Source of the DNA: Candidatus Latescibacterota bacterium
Lineage (GTDB): Bacteria > Latescibacterota > UBA2968 > UBA8231
Reading direction: 5' to 3'
DNA length: 64,000 nucleotides
Assembly: GCA_965243025.1 (NCBI GenBank)
Contig: CBDETY010000003.1
Coordinates: forward strand, 2,432,001 to 2,496,000
Shown: positions 45,617 through 55,274 of the stretch, in pieces
Numbering within the stretch: position 1 is the stretch's first letter
Layout: every line of letters begins with the position of its first letter
The notes under the pieces: model-generated
Databases searched by the model: none
Seen by the model: only the letters and a program-made list of their open reading frames with translations
Told to the model about the DNA's origin: nothing
Made by a program: the position numbers and the translations under genes

Positions 45617-48600
45617 GTGTCAGAACCGATTTCCCTCGCCGAGGTCGAACGGCAGTTCCGCGATCCCCCCGCCCGCTACGGCCCGGTCGACTGCTGGTGG
45701 TGGGAGGCCGCCCGCCTCGACCGCGCCAGGTTGAGGGAGCAGCTCGAATCGCTGAAGGAGCAGGGCGTCAGCGGCACCTGGTTCTACCCGCGCTGGGTCG
45801 GCGGCGAGCCGCTGCGCTCCGACCCTCCCTACTGGTCGGAGGAATGGTGGGACCTCACCCGGTTCTCCCTCGACGAGCACGAGCGCCTCGGGCTGATCTC
45901 CTGGTTCTCCGACTGGACCGCCCACGGCGAGTTCCAGTCGCGGGTGCGCGAGGAGAGCCTCGGCCCCCGCCCGGAGTTCGGCGGCCGGCGCCTCGTCCTG
46001 TACGAGAAGCGCACCACCATCGGCGGTCCGGAGCGGGAAGGGGTGCAGGACTGGGAGAAGATCCAGCACTCCGAGCCGCGCGGGCCGGTGCAGATCGAGG
46101 TACCCGTGGACGAGGAGATCCTGCACGCCGCGGCGTACCGTCCGGCCGGCGGGGGTATCGATCAGGGGACCCGGGTTCCCCTCGAACAGGCCTGCAGCGG
46201 CAACCGGCTGCGCTGGCTGCCCCCCGGTCACGACGACTGGATCGTCGCGGTGGTGACCGCCCAACCCCACGACCTCGACTACCTCAACCCCGCCGTGGCC
46301 GACCGCTGGATCGAGTTGCTGCTGGGGCGCTACGAGCGCGAGCTGCCCGGCCACGTCGGCAGCACCCTGCAGGCCTACGGCCCCGACGAGATGTACGTCC
46401 TCAACGGCAACATCCTCTACTCCGGCGGGGTAGTCGAGCGGCTGCGGGCGCAAAAGGGATACGACCCCCTGCCGCTGCTGGCCGGCCTCTTCCTCGACAT
46501 CGGCAGGGAGACCGAGCGCATCCGCTGCGACTACCTCGCAACCATGGTCGACCTGCTCGACGAGAGCTTCTACCGCCGCGTCGCCGACCGCCTGCACGAC
46601 CGCGGCATGCGCTACACCACCATAGCCACCTGGGGCCGGGAAGACCCGATAGAACAGACCTTCCACTACGGCGACTTCTTCCGCATGATGCGCCACTTCG
46701 ACGTCACCGGGAACGAGGACCCGCGCGACTGCGAGGTGCACCGGCGCCGCTTCCTCGACTCGAAGTTCTCCAGCTCCATCGCCCACCTGAACCGGCGCGA
46801 GCAGGCGATGGTCTGCGGCTACTGGAACTCGGGATGGGGGGTGACGCAGGAGCAGAACCTCGCCTTCACCGGGGCCAACTACGCCTTCGGCATCAACCTC
46901 TACAACCGCCACGGCGGTCTCTACTCCCTGCTCGGCGGCTGGTACGAATGGGTGCCCCCGGCCATCCATTTCCACCAGCCGTACTGGAGCTACTGGCGCC
47001 GCTTCGCCGACCTCGTGCGCCGCCTGAGCTGGGCCATGAGCCAGGGCGTCCACGTCGCCGACGTCGCCCTGCTCTACCCCCTGACCACCATGCACGCCGG
47101 CTGGACCGGGGGCGGCCGCTTCAGCAGCGAAGCCCGCGAGGCCGCCGCGGCCTGCATGGACCTCGCCAGGGCCGTCTACTACTCCGGCATCGACTTCGAC
47201 TTCGTCGACGAGGCCTCGGTCGCGGGCGCCGGATGCGGCAGGGGACGGCTGACGATCGCCGGTATCGGCTTCCCCGCGGTGGTGCTGCCGCCGCTCGCGG
47301 CGATACCCCGGGGGGTGCTGCGCAAGCTGCGCGATCACTGCCGGTCCGGCGGGACCGTCGTCGCCCTCGGCCGGCTTCCCACCGCCTCGCCCGAGGCGGG
47401 GCGCGGCGACCCGGTGCTGCAGCGGCTGCTCGCCGAGACCTTCGGCCCCGGGGCGGACCAGTTCCGGACGGACGCGGTGCGGGAGCACCCGGGGGGCGGC
47501 CGGGGCGTCTTCGTGCCGGGCCGTTCCGACGGCGTCGTCGCCCGCCTGCGGGAGCTCGTCGACCTCGACGTCTCCTGCCGGCAGCCCGACCTGTTCCACA
47601 CCCACCAGCGCCTTCCCGGCGGAGAGGACGTCTACCTCCTCTTCAACGCCAGCGAGAAGGAAAGGCGGATCGACTGCAGCCTCCGCTCCAGCGGCGAGCC
47701 CCGCATCTGGGACCCGGCGACCGGAACGGTCCGGCCCTTGCACCGCTTCGAGCGCCGCGGCAGCCGCACCCTCCTCTCCCTCGACATGGGGCCGTTCGAG
47801 ACCGCGGTGGTGTCGCTGGAGGAGGGGGGCGAGCGTCCCGGAATCAGCCGGGACAACCTCGACACCGTCACCCGGGTCGCTGCCGCCGATACCGAGGTCC
47901 GCGTCGAGGGGCTCAGCGGCGCCGGGGGACGGGCGGAGGTCCGCATCCAGGACGGCGGCTCACTCCTGAGGGCGGATGCCGAGGTCGAGGCCCCGCCGCC
48001 CGCCATCCGCCTGGACCGCCCCTGGGACTTCCGCCTCGAGCCGCTGCTCGACAACCGGTGGGGCGACTACCGGTACCCCGCCTCCGACCGGGTGATCGGC
48101 CCCGAGGCCCGCCGTTTCAGGTATCGCGAGGAGACCGCCGCCGAGGACGCGGCGAGCTGGACGCAGCCCGGTTTCGACGACGGCGAGTGGACGCAGGCGG
48201 CCTTCACCTGCGGTCCCTTCTGGTGGACCCTCGGGCCGTTCCGCGCCGCCTCCGAACCGGAGGAGGTCCTGCGGCAGGTGACGTCCGAAGGCTTCGACCC
48301 TTCGGCGCGCTTTCGGGGGGCGCAGGAGTACGGCTGGTCCCCTGTCGAGGTCAGCGAACAGTTCGGAACCCCTGAGTCCGGCGGCGAGTTCGGCGGCCTC
48401 GCGGGGGTTTCGGACGAGTTTCTCCATTGCGGGGCGGTTCCCGGTGAAACCGATGCCGTGCGCTGGTTCGCCGCCATTGTCGACGCGGACGCAGCCGGCA
48501 ACTGGCAGCTGCACGCCGGGGCTGGGTCCGATTTCACCGCTTCCGCCTGGGTGAACGGGGACCCGGTGCTGGCGGATGTCCGGGAGCCGGCAAGCTCCGG

Positions 48601-49450
48601 GCCGGTGCGGCTGCAGGCCGGCCGCAACGAGGTGGTGCTGCGCATCCTGCAGCCGGGCGGCGCCCGGGTGCGGGCCTGGGCCGCCTTCTCAACCCCCGGG
48701 CACCCCCCGCCCGGCGACCCGTACGTCCCGCTGCTCAGGTGGTTCCGCGATCCGCCCCCCCTGCTGTTCGACGTCACCCCCGGGGCGCGCCGCGCCGGCT
48801 GGTTCCGCTTCGATGCCCCGCCCGGGCTCGCCGGCATGCAGATGCAGCTGTACGGCCGCCGCCTCGAGGTCTGGGTCGACGGCGAACCGGTCTGCACCCG
48901 GGCCGTCGACTGCAACCCGCGGGAGCGGCGCCCCGCAGCCGTCGAGGTGACCCTGGCGGCGCCGCGGCCCCTGCCGTCGCAGGTCGCCGTACGGGTGGAG
49001 ATGGCGGAGAGCCGCTACGGCGGCGCCGTGTTCGCCGCGCCCGTGGCTTTCCGCTGCGGTCCGGGCAGCTGTCCGACCGGCGACTGGTGCAGTTACGGGC
49101 TGAGCGAGTACTCGGGCGCCGCGGTGTACTCCACCACGGCTGTCCTCGAAGCCAGGCATCTCGACGGCGCCGTCCGCCTCGACCTCGGCCGCGCCGGCAT
49201 CATCGCCGACGTCTCGGTGAACGGGGAAGCCGCCGGGGTGCTGATGGCGCGCCCCTACCGCCTCGACGTCACCGGTCTGGTCCGCGAGGGAGCCAACGGG
49301 ATCGAGGTGAAGGTGGTCAACACCCTCGCCAACCACATGAGCAGCTACCCGACCCGGCACGTGCTGACGGGCCAGACGGTCTCCGGCCTGCTCGGACCGG
49401 TGGAGCTGCAGTTCCTGCGCCGGGTCGAGCTGAGGGCGCCGCGCGGGTAG
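45617..49450 (+). CDS. GH106-like (alpha-L-rhamnosidase-type) glycoside hydrolase
   Basis: FRDPP..YGP..WWW; DYLNPA; SSIAHL; GIN..H; VALLYP; IWDPATG; RLDLG...VNG...PYRLDV...N.IEVKVVNTLAN..SGLLGPV. Confidence 0.75.
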   Translation: MSEPISLAEVERQFRDPPARYGPVDCWWWEAARLDRARLREQLESLKEQGVSGTWFYPRWVGGEPLRSDPPYWSEEWWDLTRFSLDEHERLGLISWFSDWTAHGEFQSRVREESLGPRPEFGGRRLVLYEKRTTIGGPEREGVQDWEKIQHSEPRGPVQIEVPVDEEILHAAAYRPAGGGIDQGTRVPLEQACSGNRLRWLPPGHDDWIVAVVTAQPHDLDYLNPAVADRWIELLLGRYERELPGHVGSTLQAYGPDEMYVLNGNILYSGGVVERLRAQKGYDPLPLLAGLFLDIGRETERIRCDYLATMVDLLDESFYRRVADRLHDRGMRYTTIATWGREDPIEQTFHYGDFFRMMRHFDVTGNEDPRDCEVHRRRFLDSKFSSSIAHLNRREQAMVCGYWNSGWGVTQEQNLAFTGANYAFGINLYNRHGGLYSLLGGWYEWVPPAIHFHQPYWSYWRRFADLVRRLSWAMSQGVHVADVALLYPLTTMHAGWTGGGRFSSEAREAAAACMDLARAVYYSGIDFDFVDEASVAGAGCGRGRLTIAGIGFPAVVLPPLAAIPRGVLRKLRDHCRSGGTVVALGRLPTASPEAGRGDPVLQRLLAETFGPGADQFRTDAVREHPGGGRGVFVPGRSDGVVARLRELVDLDVSCRQPDLFHTHQRLPGGEDVYLLFNASEKERRIDCSLRSSGEPRIWDPATGTVRPLHRFERRGSRTLLSLDMGPFETAVVSLEEGGERPGISRDNLDTVTRVAAADTEVRVEGLSGAGGRAEVRIQDGGSLLRADAEVEAPPPAIRLDRPWDFRLEPLLDNRWGDYRYPASDRVIGPEARRFRYREETAAEDAASWTQPGFDDGEWTQAAFTCGPFWWTLGPFRAASEPEEVLRQVTSEGFDPSARFRGAQEYGWSPVEVSEQFGTPESGGEFGGLAGVSDEFLHCGAVPGETDAVRWFAAIVDADAAGNWQLHAGAGSDFTASAWVNGDPVLADVREPASSGPVRLQAGRNEVVLRILQPGGARVRAWAAFSTPGHPPPGDPYVPLLRWFRDPPPLLFDVTPGARRAGWFRFDAPPGLAGMQMQLYGRRLEVWVDGEPVCTRAVDCNPRERRPAAVEVTLAAPRPLPSQVAVRVEMAESRYGGAVFAAPVAFRCGPGSCPTGDWCSYGLSEYSGAAVYSTTAVLEARHLDGAVRLDLGRAGIIADVSVNGEAAGVLMARPYRLDVTGLVREGANGIEVKVVNTLANHMSSYPTRHVLTGQTVSGLLGPVELQFLRRVELRAPRG

Positions 49451-49725
49451 GAACCTCCGGATACGGCCTCGGGGGTTCGGACGTGGAGGGTTTCTGGTGC
49501 AGTTCAGTCGGTCCGGCAAACTGGCACCGGAGAACCAACCCGGCGGGGCCGGGCCGGGCGCCCCCCAGAGGTGTGCAGGCAAGCCGGAACTCCTCGAGGT
49601 CCGGGTAGGACTGCGGGGCCCTTTTTTTGATATTAGCGCCGGGGAACAGGGTGCCTTGAGCAAATCTGCTGCACGTCCGGGCGGGTGTCCCGAGAGCTGG
49701 CAGATCATCGAAAGGGGTCCTGAAA

Positions 49726-52700
49726 TTGGACTTGGGGAACCGGTTGTTTCGCGCTGTCGCCGCAAGCGCCCTCTTTTCGGCCGGGGCAGCGGCGGAGGAA
49801 GACTTTCCCGGCGGCAACGGCGGTTTCGAACTCGGGAATTTCAACTCCTGGACGGTTTCCGGCGGCCAGGGCTGGGACGTCGTCGAGTTCGATCATCCCG
49901 GCAAGAGCGGCCGCTTCTACGCCAGCACCTGCAACGAGATCTGGCCGGGCAACGGCGGCTGCAAGAACGGCAACGGCGAGCGCGACACCGGAGTTCTCAC
50001 CTCCGCGGTCTTCACCGCGCCGGGGGGATTCCTCGAGTTCAGGATCTCCGGTTTCAACGGCCCCTCCTGCGACAACGGCCTCAGCCACATCTCGCTCAGA
50101 AGAGCTTCCGACCACGAGGAGCTTCGGAAACAGCTGCTTCCCTGCCAGAACCCCTTCAGGCTGCACCGCTGGAGCCTCGAGGACCTCGCCGGGGTGGAGG
50201 TCTACGTCCGGGTAGAGGACGCCGATGCGGCAGCTTCCTGGGCGGTGATGGCCGTGGACGGTTTCCGCCTGACGAGCGAACCGCCTGACAGCCTCGACCC
50301 CGCCGCCCCGGACAGTGCTGAATCCCTTGCCGGTTCCGGGGCAGAGGGGCTCACCTTCACCTCACGTCCCGACGGCTGGCAGGGGATCTACGCCATCGAG
50401 GACGGCGAGGCAAAGCAGGTTGTCCCCCACGTCGACTGGAAACTCTGGGATCCTTCCTGGTCCCCCGACGGCCGGACCCTGGCCGCGGTGTCCAACCGCT
50501 TCACCTCGAATCTGGAGATTTACCTGTTCTATTTCGGGGCTGACGGGGCCCCCGCCGGGCTCCGGGCCTTGACCGACCACCGCGGGGCGGACAACCAGCC
50601 CGCCTGGTCGCCCGACGGCAGGCGGATAGCCTTCGTTTCGGACCGCACCGGTGAGGGGGACCTGTACCTGGTTCCCGCCACGGGGGGCGACCCGGTTCGA
50701 CTGACCCGCGGAGCGTCGGTTTCGCGCCCGAGCTGGTCGCCCGACGGGGGGCGCATCGCCTTCTCCCAGGAAGGGGACATCCGGTCCGTCGATCCCCTCA
50801 CCGGAGTGATCTCCGTGCTCTCCGACGCCCCCGAATGGGAAGGGTACCCCGCGTGGTCTCCCGAAGGTGGCCGCATCGCCTATTCCGCCGACGGGGAGCT
50901 CGCCATCCTCGACCTGCAACAGGGCGCCGCCCGCCGGATCACCCGCGGCTACTCCCACGTAGCGTATCCGTCCTGGTCGCCGGACCAGGCCTTCATCGCT
51001 TTTTCTTCCAATCGCGAAGGCGCTTCAGATATCTATTTGCTGGAACTGGCCTCGGAGCGCATCGCCCGGATCACCCATGCCCGCGACACATGGGGCCACA
51101 GGGAGCCGGTCTGGAATCCCCGGACAAGCGCGGTTTCCCCCCCGCCCGTGACGGTGCCGCCTCGCCGTGACAGCAGAACCAAAGTCGAGGCGAGGATCAT
51201 CGGCGAAGGGGCCGCCGGACTGATCCTCGAGTTCACCCGCGCCATCGCCGGCCGCCGCCCCGACTACGCCTGGAGCGCGGTCACCGACCGGAACGGCTAC
51301 GGGGAACTGACCATATCCGGCGACAGGAGGGTGTCCGGCTTCTACCACGCCCGCGCCCGCAACAGGGACGGGGAGGTGGTGGGCAGGTGGACGAGCATAC
51401 CCCTGAACGAAGGGCGCCGGCAGCTTGTGGAGCTGACCCTCGGAGGGGGTGTGCGGGTTGCGGCCATCCAGCCGCTGGGACCCGCAACAGCCGAACTGCC
51501 GCCGGAACAGACCGGGCTGGTTGCCCACTACCCGCTCGACGGGGATGCCCGCGACGCCAGCGGCAACGGCTACCACGGGACCATGAGGGGCCCCGTGCCC
51601 GCGCGGGACCGCTTCGGCAGCGAAGACGGCGCCGTTCTCTTCTCCGGAAGCGACCACCGCATCGACCTCCCGCACCAAGTTCTCGACGGCCTGTTCGACG
51701 TCACCGTCTCCTTCTGGCTGAAGACCACCAAGTCCGGAGCGCAAGCCATCCTCAGCGGCGCCAACCAGAGCAACGACAACGAGCACATCGTCTTCTTGAA
51801 TAACGAGAGCCAGTTCCGCTTCTTCTCGCATGGCAGGGCCGACCCGGACCTGCCTGATTGCGACGTCGACATCCCCCGGATCAACGACGGCGCCTGGCAC
51901 CACTTCGCCGTGGTCCGCAACACTTCGGAGGGCAACGCCGACTTCTTCGTCGATGGAGTCGGCTATCCGGATCGCTGCGGGCACCTGGAGTACGGGAGCC
52001 TCGATATCGATGCGGGTGGGCTGATCCTCGGCCAGGAGCAGGACAGGCTGGGCGGAAGGTTCGACGCCAGCCAGGTTCTCAGGGGTTCGCTCGACGACCT
52101 CAGGGTGTACGCCAGGACGCTGTCGGCCGCCGAGGTGCAGGAACTCGCGGGTGAAAGAGCGCCGGCCGGGACGGAGACAGAAGAGGCGTCGCCGGAAAAG
52201 CCAGGGCTGGTTGCCCACTACCCGCTCGACGGGGATGCCCGCGACGCCAGCGGCAACGGTTACCACGGCGCCATGGCCGGCCCCGTTCCAACGCAGGACC
52301 GCTTCGGCAAGGAGGACGGCGCGGTGCTCTTCTCCGGAAGCGACCACCGCATCGACCTCCCGAACGAGGTTCTCGACGGCCTGTTCGACGTCACCATCTC
52401 CTTCTGGCTGAAAACCTCCAAGTCCGGAGCGCAAGCCGTCCTCAGCGGCGCAAACCAGAGCAACGACAACGAGCACATCGTCTTTTTCATCAGCGAAAGC
52501 CGGTTCCGCTACTACTCGCATGGCAGGGTCGGACAGGACCAGCTCTGGTGCGACGTCGACGTGCGGCCGATCGACGACGGCGCCTGGCATCACTTCGCCG
52601 TGGTCCGCAATGCCTCGGAGGGCAACACCGACTTCTTCATTGACGGCGCCGGGTATCTGGATCAATGCGGGTACCTGGAGTACGAAAAGCTGGCGATCGA

Positions 52701-53169
52701 TGCCGGAGGGCTCATCCTCGGCCAGGACCAGGACAGGCTGGGTGGGGGGTTCGACTCCAGCCAGGTTCTCAGGGGTATTCTGGACGACCTGAGGATTTAC
52801 GGCCGGGCGTTGTCGCCCTCCGAGGTGCAGCAACTCGCGGGTGAAAGCGCCCCGGCTGCGGGCGGGCAGGATGCCGCTCTTCATCTGCCGGCCGCCAGCG
52901 GCCTGGAGCCCGGCTTTCCCAACCCCTTCAACAGCTCCACGCAGATCCCCTACCGCCTGGCCGCCCCCGGCCCGGTGCGGCTGGAGATCTACAGCGTCCT
53001 CGGCCAATTGGTTCGGACCCTGGTGGACGAAGCCCAGGCTCCCGGCTCATATCGGGCCGCCTGGGACGCCCGCGACCGTCAGGGAGCCCCGGTGGCCTCG
53101 GGGGTCTACCTGGCGCACCTGCAGTACCCCGGCGGAGTGCAGACGCGAAAGCTCCTCTACCTGGAGTAA
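49726..53169 (+). CDS. Secreted mosaic protein: TolB-like PD40 propeller, 2x LamG/ConA-like domains, FlgD-Ig CTD
   Basis: Signal-like N-terminus; PSWSPDG repeats; GLVAHYPLDGDARDASGNG...WHHFAVV...LDDLRVY twice; FPNPFNSST...WDARD..G..VASGVY. Confidence 0.85.
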   Translation: MDLGNRLFRAVAASALFSAGAAAEEDFPGGNGGFELGNFNSWTVSGGQGWDVVEFDHPGKSGRFYASTCNEIWPGNGGCKNGNGERDTGVLTSAVFTAPGGFLEFRISGFNGPSCDNGLSHISLRRASDHEELRKQLLPCQNPFRLHRWSLEDLAGVEVYVRVEDADAAASWAVMAVDGFRLTSEPPDSLDPAAPDSAESLAGSGAEGLTFTSRPDGWQGIYAIEDGEAKQVVPHVDWKLWDPSWSPDGRTLAAVSNRFTSNLEIYLFYFGADGAPAGLRALTDHRGADNQPAWSPDGRRIAFVSDRTGEGDLYLVPATGGDPVRLTRGASVSRPSWSPDGGRIAFSQEGDIRSVDPLTGVISVLSDAPEWEGYPAWSPEGGRIAYSADGELAILDLQQGAARRITRGYSHVAYPSWSPDQAFIAFSSNREGASDIYLLELASERIARITHARDTWGHREPVWNPRTSAVSPPPVTVPPRRDSRTKVEARIIGEGAAGLILEFTRAIAGRRPDYAWSAVTDRNGYGELTISGDRRVSGFYHARARNRDGEVVGRWTSIPLNEGRRQLVELTLGGGVRVAAIQPLGPATAELPPEQTGLVAHYPLDGDARDASGNGYHGTMRGPVPARDRFGSEDGAVLFSGSDHRIDLPHQVLDGLFDVTVSFWLKTTKSGAQAILSGANQSNDNEHIVFLNNESQFRFFSHGRADPDLPDCDVDIPRINDGAWHHFAVVRNTSEGNADFFVDGVGYPDRCGHLEYGSLDIDAGGLILGQEQDRLGGRFDASQVLRGSLDDLRVYARTLSAAEVQELAGERAPAGTETEEASPEKPGLVAHYPLDGDARDASGNGYHGAMAGPVPTQDRFGKEDGAVLFSGSDHRIDLPNEVLDGLFDVTISFWLKTSKSGAQAVLSGANQSNDNEHIVFFISESRFRYYSHGRVGQDQLWCDVDVRPIDDGAWHHFAVVRNASEGNTDFFIDGAGYLDQCGYLEYEKLAIDAGGLILGQDQDRLGGGFDSSQVLRGILDDLRIYGRALSPSEVQQLAGESAPAAGGQDAALHLPAASGLEPGFPNPFNSSTQIPYRLAAPGPVRLEIYSVLGQLVRTLVDEAQAPGSYRAAWDARDRQGAPVASGVYLAHLQYPGGVQTRKLLYLE
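51514..52847 (+). repeat. Intragenic tandem duplication of a LamG domain (690-nt period)
   Basis: GGGCTGGTTGCCCACTACCCGCTCGAC starts at 51514 and 52204; AACTCGCGGGTGAAAG ends at 52157 and 52847. Confidence 0.9.
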
Positions 53170-53203
53170 GGACCCGAGGCGGCGTCCCGGGACGGGGGCG
53201 ACC

Positions 53204-55081
53204 TCAACGGAGGCGCAGGCGGGCGAGCAGGGGGTCGTGGTCGCTGGGGGCCCCGGAGAACTCGCAGTTGAGGTGGACGACCTCGAACCGCGGCCCGAGG
53301 TCGTGCAGGGCGCGGCTGACCAGCATGTGATCGAGCTCCTGGGAGTTTCCCTCGAAGATGTAGGAGTAGCGCTCGGCGGCCGGCAGGCGGTCGGCGAGAT
53401 TGAACAGGACCTGCGGTCCGCCGCCGTATGCGCCTTCCAGGATCGCCATGGGAGCGCCGAACCGGAACTCGTTGAAGTCCCCCAGCAGGAGGATCCTCGC
53501 CTCCGGGTCGGCCGCCAGCAGGCCGTCGACGTGGGCTTTGAGGAAGGCGGCCTGGGCTTCGCGCTTTTCCAGTCCCCCGATGGCGGGCGGCTGCAGCCTC
53601 CCGAACAGCGGCGACGAGCCCCCCCTGGAGGTGAAGTGGTTGTTTATAAGGACGATCCGCTCGCCATCGAACTCGAAGCTGGCCTGCAGGGGCTTGCGCG
53701 CGTTCTCGAAGGCATCCTCGCCGTCGCCGTCCTCGAGGCGCAGGGGCCGACCCGCCAGCTCCACCCTTTGGGAATTGTAGAGAAAGGCGACGCGGATGTT
53801 GCCGCCCGGCTGGCCGCCGTCCTTCCCGTCGGCCGGGGGGTTGTCGATCGCCGAATAGGCCGGCCCCCCGGCCCCGGCGATGGCCTCGGTCAGGGTCCGC
53901 AGGGTGCGCCCGGCCGCGGTGGTTCCGTCGTCGTCCGAGCCGCTGTCGTCCTGCACCTCCTGCAGGGCGAGGATGTCCGGGCTGTTCAGCCCCTCGACGA
54001 TCTGCGCGGCGAGGGCGGCGAAGCGCCCGTCCGCGACGTCGGCGTCCCCGTCCCCGTCGTTGGGATCGAGGTTGAGCAGGTTGAAGGAGGCGACCAGCAG
54101 GTGTCCGGCGTCCCTTTCCAGGGCGGTTTTCTCCGGTTCCAGTGAGCCCGAGACCGGGGTGGGCGCCGCCGCGGGCAGCACCTCGAAGTTGCCGAACCGG
54201 TAGCCGACCACCCCGGTGACGTCCCCGAGCCGGTCGCCGGTGTCGACCTCCGGCATCGACCCCGGCATCAGGCTGTCGTCGATCTGCAGGCGCTCCGGAT
54301 TGAAGTCCCCCGGGGAAAGGGTCAGGCCGCCGCGGGAGTTGATGCCGCTGGCGCCGGCTCCGAGGTCGGCGACGACGTAGATCTCGCCGAAGCGGGTGGT
54401 CGGGGCCAGGGCGCGGGCGGCGGCGATGGCAACCCGCATGCTTTCGAGGCTCTCGAGGAAGTCGATGCCGTCGGATTCCGGGTCGAAGCGGGTGAAGCGG
54501 TCGTCGTCGATGATCCCGGCAGGAGGCCGGCGGCCGGAAGCCCCGACCACGACGGGGGGCGGCAGCGGGTTCCCCGACGAGATCACCGCGACCGACGGAG
54601 ACCCGCCGATCTGGGTGACGGACAGGTTGTCGGTGCGGGCCCCGCCGGGAACGTACTCCCCGACCTTGCCGGAGACCGAGACCGCGTCCCCGGCGGCGAC
54701 CCCGGGTTTCTTCCGCGTGTAGACGAAGATGCCGTCGGAGGTGCGGTCGTCGCCGTCGCCGGCGGGGTCCTGCAGGTAGAAGCCGTTTTTCGCCACCGCT
54801 GTCACGATTCCCGAGGTCCGCACCCTGGCCCCGAGGTGCGGAGAGACGTGGCCCGCCCCCTGGACCTCCCAGATCGCAGCCCGACCTCCACGTGCCTCAG
54901 TGCGGCTGCCGGCGGCGGCCAGGACAGGGTGGGTCCGGCCGGCTGCGTCCGCGGCTCGCGCTTCCCCGGGGACGCGGCCGGTCCGGCCCTGCTCGTCCGC
55001 ATGGCCGGTTCCCCCGGGGACCGGCAGGTTCCAGCCGAGCCACGCGAATGCCAGCACCGCCCCCGCGATTCGCCCAGTCAA
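53204..55081 (-). CDS. Extracellular endonuclease/exonuclease/phosphatase (YhcR-type OB fold + EEP domain)
   Basis: Signal peptide; IWEVQG; GFYLQD..GDGD..TSDGIFVY; SFNLLN; ALQEVQD; LGDFN; LDHML; SDHDP. Confidence 0.88.
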   Translation of the reverse strand: MTGRIAGAVLAFAWLGWNLPVPGGTGHADEQGRTGRVPGEARAADAAGRTHPVLAAAGSRTEARGGRAAIWEVQGAGHVSPHLGARVRTSGIVTAVAKNGFYLQDPAGDGDDRTSDGIFVYTRKKPGVAAGDAVSVSGKVGEYVPGGARTDNLSVTQIGGSPSVAVISSGNPLPPPVVVGASGRRPPAGIIDDDRFTRFDPESDGIDFLESLESMRVAIAAARALAPTTRFGEIYVVADLGAGASGINSRGGLTLSPGDFNPERLQIDDSLMPGSMPEVDTGDRLGDVTGVVGYRFGNFEVLPAAAPTPVSGSLEPEKTALERDAGHLLVASFNLLNLDPNDGDGDADVADGRFAALAAQIVEGLNSPDILALQEVQDDSGSDDDGTTAAGRTLRTLTEAIAGAGGPAYSAIDNPPADGKDGGQPGGNIRVAFLYNSQRVELAGRPLRLEDGDGEDAFENARKPLQASFEFDGERIVLINNHFTSRGGSSPLFGRLQPPAIGGLEKREAQAAFLKAHVDGLLAADPEARILLLGDFNEFRFGAPMAILEGAYGGGPQVLFNLADRLPAAERYSYIFEGNSQELDHMLVSRALHDLGPRFEVVHLNCEFSGAPSDHDPLLARLRLR

Positions 55082-55274
55082 ATGAGCCTCCGTTTACCCA
55101 GCCGCAAAGACAGGAACCAGGTGAAGGGAACCGGGGTCCCCAAAGTGGCAGAATGGAGATCGCCCCATAGATTCTGGTCCCGTTCCAATCCCGTCTGAGG
55201 ACTCATGGGATTCATCCAGGCGGCACCCCGGAACGGACGGGAACCCCCACCCCCGGACTGACAAAGGAGAACAG

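Noticed and set aside
49451-49725. c-di-GMP riboswitch suggested by GGCAAAC upstream of the secreted protein
   Set aside because: The remaining consensus elements (GNRA stem, GCAAAG, receptor) are absent.
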